64,000 nucleotides of DNA from Podarcis filfolensis. Its lineage: Eukaryota. This document shows, one piece after another, positions 20,701 through 32,869 of the stretch; the first letter of the stretch is position 1, and each line of letters begins with the position of its first letter. Under the pieces are notes generated by a model, which ran no database searches, had not been told where the DNA came from, and saw only the letters and a list, made by a program, of their open reading frames with translations. The stretch lies in assembly GCA_964270895.1 (NCBI GenBank), contig OZ185449.1; one strand, 5' to 3'. The translations under genes and the position numbers were made by a program.

Positions 20701-23561
20701 AAGGGTAGCAAGGACCTGTGGGAGTACCATGCCAACTACTAGTTGCTTGAAAATGCATGAGGGGAAAGGGCTGCTCTTGTACTCAGGCAGTGCTTGCGAG
20801 TTTCCTGTAAAAGGCAACTGGTTGAGCACTGTGAGGTTAGGATGGACTATATAGGCCAATGGCCTGATTGAGCTGCAGCTACAGAGGCATCCCGGCCAGA
20901 AAAAGCCTGGAGACACGTTGGCTCAGCCTCCTGGTGCTTCTCCCCCTCCTCAAGGCCTCACCCATCCACTTCACCAGTGCTCAGCTGGTTTTAATCCTTT
21001 GTGGGGTGGCACTGGTACAGATCAGGGACCACAGTTTTTTTTTCTTCAGGGCCCAGAATGAAGTTTCAAATATTGGCCAAAGGCAAGGACTCCCTCCAAA
21101 GCCTCCATGGTCACATGGCAAAGGGAGGAACCCCCAGGAAGAGAGTATACCCCCCACAACACCTCATGCCAGTGGCTCCAGCGCAGAGCCTCACCTGGAG
21201 CTCAGAAAGTATCCATTGCAGAGCTCTCAGAAGCTCCCACTGTCCTGAGCTTTCTGCACCTGAAAAATCCCCCCAAACTCAGTCTGTCTCCCCTCCCCCC
21301 TCAAGAGCCTGCTCTTTGTGGTCCCTTCCCAGAAACCCACACAGGGATCCTGCCTAGAAAAGCAGAGACAAACCCTTACATCAAGGAGGGTTTGGGCTAG
21401 GAATGGGGAGAGATTCCTAAGCAGCACACCCTTCATGGTGAAGCATCTCCTCTCACATACCAGGTGGGGGCCTTCCAGTAACTCCTGTGTTTCAATCAAG
21501 GTGACTGAATCTTGGGATAAACCATTCTAGAACGGCTAAGGGGATGGCTGCCAAGGACCCATTTTGGAGTTGGAAAAGGGGCAGATCCCAGAGCAAAAGC
21601 ACCTTTCCCTTATAGAACTGTGGAGAGGAAAGGGGCCCCCAAGGGTAATCTAGGCAACCCCCTGCAACGGCCATCCAACCAGAGACCAGAGAAGGGGCCT
21701 CTTTGCCCTTCCATTTATGAAACAGCCCAGTCGGGGCATGGTGGCTTCCCCCTACTCTCTCCTCTGCCACGCCTGTCCGACATATATTAGGGGAAGGTGC
21801 TGAGTGCAGCAAAAATGAGGCTGCTCTCCCCCTGACACACAACCACCCAAAAAGCAAGCTAGGCTGCCTGCCTGCTTCCCCAGCCCAGATCCCACTCCAA
21901 CCTGCTCTGCCTCTTGCACACATGCTGGTTCTCCTTTGGCCAAAGTTCGCTCTGCACCCAACACCTTTCAGATGTGAAAGTTGAGCTGTACCCCTCTAAG
22001 AAACACCCTACCAGACAAAGCAGCTCAAGCCATCAGAACTGAAAAACTTGTTCTCATATTTTACATGAGCCTTCTCAAAAAAAAAAAAAGAGTGGGATCA
22101 AATAGGAAAACACAGACCCTAAAAAGGAACAATAAGGTTTGGGGTAGGGTTGGACAGCCACCAAAGACATCCATTCTGGCCAAGTGTGCCACAAAACTCT
22201 CAAGTTAGTGACTCCCTTCTCACCTCTCCCTCTGATCTCTTTTCTCTTCCCTGTCTGCTCCTTCAGAAATGCCTTCAGAAATGCCAAGAACAGCAACTGC
22301 AGCCCACACTCTGGCCCAGTAGAGCCTTACCATATTCCACCTCCATCAACACACCACTCAATGCTAACAATAACCTCCCTCCCCGGTCCCATGAGATGCA
22401 TCAGGATAGAGTGAGGCCCTCAGTATTAGCCCCCTGGGGGGCACCTCTGCCCAGCCCAAGCAGCTTTTGCCTTTCACCATCTCTGCCAGCAAAATTTCAG
22501 CATTAAACAAAATGAAGCTCAAAGATGCCCCTGTATCTAAGAGCAGGCCAAATAGTATCATGGGAGTCATTCTGGAATGTTTTGTGCAGCCACACACCCA
22601 CACAAACACAATACTCCTCAGGACGAAATCCATGACACCCACAAATGGTGTCATGTGCCCAACCTGATTCAAATCATTTCAGAAGCCGAAGGGTGTTGCT
22701 GTGCCAGAAAGAGCCCTGCGCTCACTTTCCAAAAAAAAAAAAAGAAAAAGAAAAAAAAGAAGAAAAAAAAGAAACTCTGGGGGAAGCCATTGCCTGAGGG
22801 GGACACAAAGGAAAGTGTGGTGCCCTGGTGCCACTACCAGGCAGGGGCCACCATCAAGGGAAGAAAAAGGGCAATTAAGGCTTTCCATCCAGCAAATATC
22901 CTGAGCACTGGCCACCGGTGGAGTTTCCAGGCAAAAATGTCCCTTCGTCCCAACAGTACCTGCACAGGATATACTCCTAGTGGACTGTGCCTGAAAAAAA
23001 TCCTCCCTGTCCACAAGTCAAACAAAAGGTCCAAGCAATGGAATTGTGCAGCAACCAAACCAAAACCTCACCCTACAGCAGCCAACCCCAGCAAGGCCTC
23101 CTCCTCATCCTCCATCAGCTCCTTGCCCCCTCCCCTCTCTGTACATGCCCCATCACAAGGAGGAGGAAGAGGAAAAGGAGGGCTGAGGATGGTGGTGGAG
23201 GAGGAGGAGGATGAATGGGGGAGAGGAATATCGCTTAGCTCTTTTGAAACAAAATCCTACTGCCTTCTAGACAAACCTCGGGATTTTTGATTTTAAAGGA
23301 GCCTGGGGTTTGTTTCATTTCCGTTTTCCGTAAGTAGGTTGCCTTAGGCCTAGAGTTGCTTACAGTATAACGAATGTGATATTTCCTTCATCCATCTTAA
23401 ACACAAGCAGAATAAAAATCACATTTTTCTCAGGCAACAGTAGCAGTTCAGTAGGTAAATGGTTTGATCACATTTCTCTTTTTTCTGTATTAATAATGCA
23501 TGCAAGCAGCTTTAGTATTAGAGATCCCTCGTTGGTCAAGCCCAGCATGATCCTGGCTCTT
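17745..23561 (-). other. NACC2: Putative long 3'UTR of NACC2 (~5.8 kb)
   Basis: Runs from the stop codon to the tandem AATAAA. No transposon fragments were recognised here, unlike all flanking regions, and it is rich in seed matches to conserved miRNA families. Confidence 0.65.
17763..17777 (-). terminator. NACC2: Putative distal polyadenylation signals of NACC2 (2x AATAAA)
   Basis: TTTATT at 17763-17768 and 17772-17777 on the plus strand. On the mRNA strand these are preceded by an AU-rich block and followed by GU/U-rich gtgtctcttgtttctg. Confidence 0.65.
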
Positions 23562-24076
23562 TCACAAAGTCCCTCCTCCTCCTCCTCCGTAGGGGCCTTC
23601 CGGTCGTCTTGCCGGAGTCTCCGGCCGGCTAGTGGACCCAGATGGGCCCTGTTCGAAAGGCGGTGTGGTGCTGTGGCTCTCCAAAGCCATTGCTTCTGGG
23701 CCAGCAGACTCCTGGATGACAGAACTGGCTCCCTCCCCCTGCTCATTCGGCTCAAACAGCTGGCTGGATCTGTTGCTCTGATCCACAGTGACCGTGTTAG
23801 TTCTCAGTGCCACAATGGTTCCAGAATCCCCCCTCCGCTCCGCATAGATCCGCTGTTCGAACATCTGAGCAGCGGAAGGCTGGAATTCAGGGTCCAGGGA
23901 GATACTGCTGGTAGTGGAGCCCATGACGGAGCGATACATCTCCATACCCTCCGGCAACATGGATTTGATCTTCGGCAGCCACCGCTTCCGCACCCGGCGG
24001 GCATTAGTGCACATGTCGGCTGCGATGACGTTCATCTCACTCTCCTTGAAACTTGGGGCAAAATTCTGGCAATACA
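23562..24076 (-). CDS. NACC2: NACC2 last coding exon (end of BEN domain to stop), 515 nt
   Basis: Translates (L)[43 protein letters not shown]...GGGTL*. Acceptor cccttgtctttgcAG; TGA at 23564-23562. Confidence 0.97.
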
Positions 24077-25689
24077 CTGCAAAGACAAGGGGGTGTTTTA
24101 GCTACAACAGAGGAAGAGTTTTAACATTTTTTTTTCAGCATCAGGAACAATGGCCGTAAAATTACAGATTGCATAAAGGCGCCTTTACAAGATTCGTAAC
24201 ATCCAGCACAGATAAGGAGACAGTGCTGGAAGGTCCCATAGTAGACTGTGAATTATTCACTATTTTAAGAAAGAAAGATTGAATGCTTCCAGATTTGCAT
24301 TCAACAGCTTGAATCACACCTCACCCGGCTGGTAGGAAACTAGCAAGCAAGCACAGAGAAAACCAGACCCAGCCTCTGCAGATGACAAACAACTTGTACT
24401 TATTGAGAGCCTCTCTGGCATTGCTCAACTCAAGGCCTCCCTCTCCTCATCCCCCTTTCAGAGCCAATTCTCCCAGTCATGCAGCTGCCAGAGTCACGAA
24501 CCCTAACCCTACCCTGCTTTTCAGGCCTTGATTTCCCAAGTCCAGACCTTGAGAGAGTCTCCAAGTCCTTCAAGAGCTGCACAGAAGGACATAAACCTGT
24601 AGTGGTAGAAGTTTCATGTGGCAGAATTTCCCCTTCTTTTTAAAGAAGCCCAGGCAGGCTCCTCACCTTCCGAAGCAAAACTGCACACACTCTTTAGAGC
24701 ATACCCTCTGCTTTGGCTCTGCATGCATCTGGTCTCATTTGTCCTTATCAGATTTATGCTGCTGCATTTTAATTTGCTAGTGGAACTATTTAATTCTTGC
24801 AAGTTGCCTTGAGGATACAGTTGAAGTGCAAATTTCTGCCTCCCAGCACCGCCCTCCCAAGTGAATTTCCAATTGGCCTCTTCTGGCTCATGACCTCTCA
24901 GCAGTCTTTTTTCAGCCAACATGGCTTGGCCTGGCTCCGCCAGTGTCCAAATTCCCTGACACCCCTCTCTGCCTGCCCTTTCAACCAGGGACAACACTCT
25001 AAGGAGGGTCCCCTGTTTGGGGCTTCTTTCCACATTGCTGTCATGAGACAATGAGCATTTCATGAAACAGGAGGAGCTCAACCAATTGGGGCTGCCACAA
25101 AATAGCTTAGTAGAGAGAAAATCTGCTGTGGCCACAGACTCAAAGATCTTCCCTCTCAAAGATCTTCCCATGACTCAAAGATCTTCCCTCTCATGCCCTG
25201 ACTTAAAAACAAACTTTGTCAGCACACACAAACGGCAGTAAACATTCCCCCCCCCTCTTCTCCCCCAACCTTATACTGTCTACAACATTACTGTCTCACA
25301 TTGAATAGAACTGCCCTGTAGAAAGGACTTTATGATCTGAAAACAGAGATAATGCATGTACCTTTGTAACCCAACAAAATCTTTAATAAAAAGTTTTTCA
25401 AAAAGGCAGTAAACAGGGTTCTGACGCCAAAATGCAGGATTTTAAAGCTTTGGTGTCTTTTTAGAAGGAGCATTTGAATCCAGACCCCTTAGAATAATAG
25501 AGTAGCTCAGTCGGTAGAGCAAGAATCTCTTAATTATAATTGTAGATTACAGTATTGTAGAGGACCCATAGGTCTTCTAGTCCAACCTCCTGCAAGGCAG
25601 GAGTCACAACTAAAGGAAGATGTAAAATAAACCGAATAGCTCTCCATCTACCCTCAGAGGCTCCTTCTCCTCTTCCTCTCCACACTTAC

Positions 25690-25787
25690 GTTTCACAGCA
25701 TTAAGGACCCGGCTGTCCAGTGGCTTCCTGCTGGGATCACTTGTGGAAGACCGGATCCCAGTTCCGCAGCTGTTGGCCAGTGTGTTC
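25690..25787 (-). CDS. NACC2: NACC2 coding exon 4, 98 nt
   Basis: Translates [32 protein letters not shown]. Flanked by AG and GTAAGT. Confidence 0.97.
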
Positions 25788-27219
25788 CTGTCCCGGGAAG
25801 GAGTGGGAAGCAGAATCTCAAGAGCACATTCAAAGAAAACCCACAACTGGGATCCAAAGCATGGGAAAGAGCCCATTTCAGGCAGCAGATCTTGAAGGAG
25901 CTTCCATGGAGGAATGGGTGGGGGGAGAAGAGAGGGAGAAGCAGAAGCCCAAAGAGGTACACCCCCCAAGAAAAAATCTCATACAGGAGATAATACAAAC
26001 CAATCAGTTGTGGCTTGTTGAGGCTCACTCTGTAAATCAGCAGAAATTAAGGAATCTTCACCATGGCCAAAGAACAAAATTTTTAAAAAGGTATTTCATA
26101 GTATTATAAATACTGAACACAATTCCAAATTACTTACACTGGATAAACCCCCCAAAGTTTCAGCTTTTCAGGGGGGAGAAAAGCACAACGGAGACATCAA
26201 CCTACATGTCCATTTCTTAGTCAAAAGAAACCAAATCTATAGACCTACAGAGACATGCAGTTTCAAGAACTTCTGGAAGCTATTTCTTTGTAGGTGGTGC
26301 AAATATTAGTTGCTAAGAAGAGGCAAGAGAATTTTCACTTGCCAGTAGACTCGTCAGCCCATTTAAAGGAATTATTAAACATACATATTTATGCTCACAC
26401 CAGTTATTTGAAGAATTGTCTGCATCTCATTCTGTGATTCTAGGATAAGGGACAAAATCTGTTACCATGTGTATTTCCAAATGTATTGACATGCAGTGTC
26501 CAATTTAGGCTCTGTGATGTCTTATTATACCTACGAGCATTTGTGTACACTGCACCTCCTTCAAAGAACAGCAAAATGAAAGTGGTCTGTCTGCCCTCGA
26601 CCTGCGGATCCATATGCTGATGGTCCCAGATCTCCCCGCTCCCAGCGGGAGCTAAAACATTCTCTGCCCGAGGGCTGTTTTTCCCCTCTAGCCAACCTCC
26701 TGAAGGTTTCATGCCAGCGCTGAGTACAGCCACCTCAGACTCTTACATGTGCAAATGCACAGGATCTACACACACACACAAATTCCACCCAGCATGGTTG
26801 TTAATCTTAATCTGGTTTCCCTTTGTGCTGCAGTGTAGTGTCCCCAGGGCAGGGTTTAGCCATTTCTGATAATTGGTAAAGACAGACATGAAGGGCTCTA
26901 ACCAGAGTAGGCCTGCTGAAATGAACAAACTTAAGCTAGTCATGTCTGCTAACTTCAGTGGGTCTACTCTGAACAGGACTAACACTGGACACAATCCCAC
27001 GTCCTCATATTTATGTTTTCTGCTAGGAAACATGTCGCCTCCATTGACAGACAAATTAAAAACACTTTTAATTCCCATTAAGCAAAATGTGATGGGTAAT
27101 TTCCCTCCCTTCCATCACTTAAAGCTCCTGCTCCCTCCAAACTTGGCTCCCTGGCAGCAGCTCAGAAGCTGGCTGGGTCAAGAGGAGCTAGGAGGACGGG
27201 CCCTTCCTTTGTGTCCTAC

Positions 27220-27325
27220 CTGTCAAAGAACGTGGCCAGCAGGCGCCGCAGGAGAACTTTGTGCTTCACACCTGCACACAGGTGGCAGTTCATCAGCTGC
27301 CCCCGAGTGATGTAAACACCGGAGC
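27220..27325 (-). CDS. NACC2: NACC2 coding exon 3, 106 nt
   Basis: Translates [36 protein letters not shown]. Acceptor ctctctccacccAG, donor GTAGGA. Confidence 0.97.
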
Positions 27326-28337
27326 CTGGGTGGAGAGAGAGAATCATAAAATTGTAGAGTTGAAAGGGACCCCAAGGGTCATCATGTCCAACTTCCAGCA
27401 ATGCAGGAGAGAGCAAGTAAGAGGTCCAGAAGTCACACCCCCAGCTCTGCTCTGCAAGGTGTACAACAGGACACAAACATGCAAGCAGTTAATACTGACT
27501 CAGATCATCTTGAAGCATCAAAGACTTTTGACATACCCCAGAGAAGTGACCTGGGCAGCAGGAAAAAGAGTTGTCTGTGACCTGAGTGTGGCAACCCAAG
27601 GGAGGGTCCTCAGATCCCTCAGGATCACCACCCCCAGCAAAAGATCCAGCCTTTTCACTCTTTACTGGAATGGCCAGCAGTAAAGGCACATTCTCTTCCT
27701 GCCAGGTGAGGGCGCCCTGGCCCTGCCCAGCTCTAGCCCCTGCTCTCTCAGGGAGGCAACCTTTCTTCCCCCCACTGAAGGCCTGACAAGGGGGAAATGC
27801 TCTGGATTAGCTCTTTGGGGTCTCTTATCTAAAACTCCCTTCACACCTAAATACTGAGAAGTTGCTCAGGGAAGGTGGACACCAAGGTGGCCAGTCCATT
27901 TCATAAACAAAGCTTAGAAAAATGTAAGACCACATCACAGCTTTCACAGATACAATGTAAAGTAAATGAAATAAGAATCCAAGGAAGTTAGATTTGTTCT
28001 CAGAAGTGAAAGACAAGAAAGGGGGGGGAGACTCTACTTAAATAGATATCGCATTTACAATATTACCATAAATAACAAAGTAATTTTATAAACAAAATAA
28101 ATTTAGGTCAGATTAATTTTATAAGCAAAATTTTCTACATTTTGGTTCACTGCAATTTATCTTTTCTAAATTTATTTTATTTTTAAATTAAAAAAACACC
28201 AAATCAAGCAGAAATTAAAAGATCCCTTGTTAATGAAACAAATAATTGCAAGAGTTCTACAATTTTTACAATTTTTAAGCCATGTTACTGCAACAAGTCC
28301 ATAAGCATAAAGGAAAACCTGCCCCTGTGGTCCTTAC

Positions 28338-28505
28338 CTGCCACGAGTTCAAGTTTTTCTCCAGGATCTCCTTCTGAGTAGAGTTTTGGGTGGCAGCGAT
28401 ACCCAATCTGGCTGATAAGGCTGGCAGGGAGGGCAACCAAGTCCCGCCTGATGAGGACACAAGAGCGGCTCTCCAGGGGCACCGGCTCCGGCTTCTCTTG
28501 AGGCC
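28338..28505 (-). CDS. NACC2: NACC2 coding exon 2, 168 nt
   Basis: Translates [56 protein letters not shown]. Acceptor cctccctccttctccccaAG, donor GTAAGG. Confidence 0.96.
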
Positions 28506-30602
28506 CTTGGGGAGAAGGAGGGAGGCATGAAAGAGCTACCCAGGATTGTAAGGGAAAACCCCGGGGTATCCCAAATGGCTGAGGCTGCAGGAACCCTGCT
28601 TTCTCTTGGGCCAAGAAGCCAAGCAGAAGCAGCCACTGCAAATGACCCCTGTTCTGGAGAGGCAGCAGTGGGAAATGTGAATAGATCCTGACAAGAGGGT
28701 TGGGGAAGTAGGCCCAATAGTTACAGCCAGGCCACACTGGTTATGTTCTACCTCCACTCTCGAAGGCAGAATTTATTGTTCATTTATAAGTAAAAATATT
28801 TATGACGCCATTTCCTAAGGGACTGATAGGGTGGTGCATGGCACGCAACGGAACACAAAACACTAGCAAAACTTTATGTAAACCGCTTTGAGGATTTTTC
28901 TGACAATCAAGCGGTATATAAAAGTTACAAAATAAACAAATAAGTAACACTGCACAAAATAAACTTTAATATGGCTGGCTGATCAATGTTTTAAAGAAGT
29001 GCGTAATTCGTAGGCCTCTGAATGCCAGTGGCTGGGAACTGCTAGTGGGGAGAGCTGCTGCTGCTGCTGGCAGCAGGTGTTGCCCACAGGTTCCTTCCCG
29101 CTGAGCTACCTGTTGGGGGGCTGGACTAGGTGCTCCAGGTGCTCCTGGTGGGCTGTTGTTTCCCTGGCATACGACTCACATCAAGGAATCACCGTCTCTG
29201 AGTGAACCAGATTGGCTTCACTCTCTCAGGGTTTTAAGTTTTGAGTGAGCTTTGAAGGATGGATTTCAGTTTCTCCCTGGGAAAGGAGGTCCACCTTTGG
29301 ACAAGATGACCCTGGAGAGTCACCTGCTCCTCAGCACCAAAACTATCTGTACAGGCAGGGAAAGTTTTAGCCTGGTCAAATTAGCACATTGACATTTTTG
29401 ACACTCCCAGCTTTTTCAAACACCTGCAAAGTGAGGTCCCCCTACCCCCGAGCTAACATACTTTGGGCACATGAGATGCTGCCAGCCAAGCACCCTGTCA
29501 GCCACCCACAAAATTTAGCTGATCAATGGACATAGAACCTAGCTGGGCTCTGGCTATAAAATCCTGCTGGCTTGGCTAGAAATGTGTCTCTCCAGTGGGT
29601 CGGCGGGGGGCATCCAGGCTGGCCATAAAGTGTCTCTTGCCCTACAAGCTCTTTCATGACCCCAAGAGTACCACACTGACCCATAGTGGCCTGAACTGAA
29701 GAGTCACACTGTCACCCCTTCTTTGGTTTTAGAACACAGCACCTCAACACAGCTCCAAAGCCAGCACCTCATTCCCAATCCTGCCTGAAGGCATCTTGCC
29801 TCTTTCTCCTGGGAAGGAAAGGAGACATCTGCCTGGGCTGGGCTTCCAGGCTCCTTAAGCTACAGAAAATGGTCCAAGAGAAAGAGCTCAACAATCTTGC
29901 TATGCTCAATATGCAACCCTTAAAATCTGTCGGCATCAAGGAAACTGATCCATAGAGTAATGCTGCATTGCCAGTTTCATTAAATGAGGAGGAAACTCTG
30001 AACATGCAGACACACACACACCCCAAATAAGGAAACAGACACCATCAATAAGCTTGCAGAAATTAAGAGCTTATTACTTTCCGCAAGGAACCAAAGGGAC
30101 AACAATGGCACCTTTGGCAGATTCACATGTAGAGATCCAGTCCCTCCCACCAGAAAACATCTTATTGAAAAATGAACTACTCCTTACTAAGAAATGCCTT
30201 CCCTGTCAGCAAATTCACAGAGCCTGGAGACCTATATCTGGCAGGAGGGAAGGAAATAAGAGACCTCACCCCAAAATGGAAATAAGCTGCATTCAGCACT
30301 GTTCCCATTCAAGTTTTCAAGTCTTAAATCAGTGCGAAGCTTCCTTATTCCAAGTGAGGACATCAGTCTGCCCAGCTCGGTATTACCAACACTGACTGGC
30401 AGGGTTTCCAGCAGGGGATTTACTACCAGCCCTATCTGGAGATGCCAACTGGGGATCAAAACAACTGCTTGCAAATCAGACACTCCACCTACTGAACTAC
30501 TTTTCTAAAATGCAGGGAAATGAACACCTGCCTGACTGCAGATGCCTCTCATTTTACGGTCCCATGAGAATGAAAGTGGTGGAGGCTAAAGGGGGCTTTT
30601 AC

Positions 30603-31440
30603 CTGCATAGCCGCCTGTGGACTTGATGTGCATCTGCCCGTACTGCTCCTCCGCCATGGTGTCATAGGCTTCATCGTCGTCCTCATCTTCCTCGTTGTGG
30701 TAGGAGGTGGGACTGTCGGTGGTGGGGAGGCTGTTGGCCCCAGGGCTCGTCCGCTCCCCCTGGCAGTACTGAGCCAGCGGGATGCTGGGGAGGAGGGTGG
30801 CAAGGCTGGGCACCCCGTAGTAGGAGACGCGCGACAATTTGAGCGGGGCGCTGGCAGAGGAGCTGCCCCCAGCCACCTCCCGCAGGCTGCACTCCAAGGA
30901 CCGCTTCGCAGGCTCCAAGGTCTCATGCTTGACGCGGGTGAGCAGTGGAAGGGGCACGGAAGGCGACACAGCATAGGGCAGGGAGGGCGGCTGCAGGGGG
31001 TGGCAGGGGCTCTGGGGCCCCGAGCAGGGCTCCTCCGTCATGGCCGTCTGGGAGTCGCAGTGAGGGGAGCTCACTTTGAACATCAGGTCTGTCCCCTTCT
31101 CCACGATGTGCTGGATCTGGAGGAAGCCTGCTGTGTACATCACCACCAGCTGCTCGCTGGCAGCCATGGTCAGCTTGCCGGTGTAGCAGAAGGAGAGGAT
31201 CTGCTGGAAGCAGGCGGGCGGCACGGAGCCCGGCAGCTCGAAGGCGCTCTTGCTGTTGCCACTGAAGAGGTCTCGGAAGTAGAGGCTGCTGGCTGCCAAG
31301 ACAGCCCGGTGAGCCTTGAAGGCCTGGCCCTTGACCAGGATGGAGACATCGCAGTAGAGACCCAGGAGGCGCTGCTCATTCAGGGAGCCCAGGACGGTGC
31401 TCCCAAAGTTGGGGATTTCTATGTGCAGCATCTGCGACAT
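30603..31440 (-). CDS. NACC2: NACC2 first coding exon (BTB/POZ domain), 838 nt
   Basis: Translates [59 protein letters not shown]...; donor GTAAAA at 30602. The five exons sum to 1725 nt = 574 aa + stop. Confidence 0.97.
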
Positions 31441-31494
31441 GGCTCAGCGGCTGCCTCACGCGCTCAAGGCCAGGGCTTCTGAGAGAGGGCACAT
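31441..31494 (-). other. NACC2: 5'UTR part of the NACC2 first coding exon
   Basis: A long polypyrimidine tract and ctacAG acceptor end at 31495, implying an upstream non-coding exon that was not located in this window. Confidence 0.8.
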
Positions 31495-32799
31495 CTGTAG
31501 GCGGGGCAGGGGAGTGGGTGGGAGGAGAGGAAACAGGCACGTGAAAAAGAGAAAGGAAGAGAGAGGATATCTGGCAGAAACACAAGAATCAGGAAGTACC
31601 AGGGAGAGGGATTCTGCCAGTGTTTGGAAAATCCCCCTCCTGTGAAGAACATCCCTAACAAGGGGAGGAAGAAACTCAATATAACAGAGTTCAAAAAAAC
31701 TACACCCCACCCACAGAGCCCTCAGTGTACCACCAGTGCAACACATCCAGTCCAGGGCAAGAGAAACACAGGCAAAGATGGCTACCCATTCCAGCTCGGG
31801 TGGGGGTGGGCGTTGAGAACTGCCTCCATTGACTCCACCAACCTGAATCCAGGCTGATGCTGCTGAAAGATTTTTCCCTTTTTCGGGGGTGGGGGTACAC
31901 ACGCCACAAAAGGTATGATCCCCCTTACAAGGTATTGGAATGGGATTTCTAACACAGGCACTATCAGGGCAGGCAGCGCACGCTCCTGAAAAAGCTGACA
32001 CAGCTGGAAACTTGGGAGAAAGGAGGGGGGAGAGAGAGATGGGTGGACGCTTCAGAAATGCAGCAACTTCTGCGCATAATTATTCCAAGTTTCCCTGCAC
32101 ATTGGAGCTGCTGAGGAGCCAAGGAAGGGCCGGGCAGCTGTCCGTCCCCTCCGCCCCCACCATCATTCAAAGTGCTGGATGCAGGGAATGGAGAGGGACT
32201 GGGGGCTACCGTCTACTGCAGCAGCCCAGGATACGGACAGGCTCCCCAGTTCCTGAAACTCTTCTCAACTGTTGGACTCCCAAAGGCATTCCTCTATGGC
32301 ACCCCCTTTCTAAATTTCCGGGGAGGGGAGATGTTGACCTCCATGCAAAGGAGACACCTGCCTGGGCTCTCGCCTTTGCATCAAGAATGCAGCAAAGCCC
32401 ATGGATCTATTTTAGGATCCTCCGGGAACCGTCATGTCATGGCAGTGATGCCTCCTCTTTCCCCCCACCCACATGCACCAAAACACAAGCAGCATGCGGA
32501 GAAACGCCAACAAATTCTCTTAAACCAGCAAAATCTATGCCTCTCTTTAGCTGGTTGAGGGCAGGGAGGGAGAAACTCCCCATGACTTCAATGGCGCCTC
32601 CCTTCATCTCCTTGGCACACAGGAACAATTAAGACCTCTCCCCCCCCCCACAAAAACACACACACAGTCCACCCGCTCCACATAGGAGGTCCCGATTCTG
32701 AGTTGCTTCAACAGCACCTAGTTGAACTAGACTCCAAAAGATCTCTCCTCCCTGCAAACTGACTGCTCCTAAAAAAGTGACCACACAATGGGTTGCTCT

Positions 32800-32802
<3 letters not shown>

Positions 32803-32866
<64 letters not shown>
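32803..32866. repeat. (CT)n(AC)n compound microsatellite
   Basis: Directly visible. Confidence 0.97.

Positions 32867-32869
<3 letters not shown>

Noticed and set aside
22577-23290. 237-aa ORF with poly-Lys; also poly-D/E/G (5527-5781) and poly-L/I ORFs (3270-3455, 13779-14003)
   Set aside because: They are translations of homopolymer or microsatellite tracts.
25499-25535. tRNA-like sequence gtagctcagtcggtagagca (also ~7622 and ~42070)
   Set aside because: Only A-box/D-arm heads of tRNA-derived SINEs; there is no complete cloverleaf.
30628-31482. 284-aa plus-strand ORF, and likewise 23376-24101
   Set aside because: These are antisense shadows of GC-rich NACC2 coding exons with no recognisable protein.
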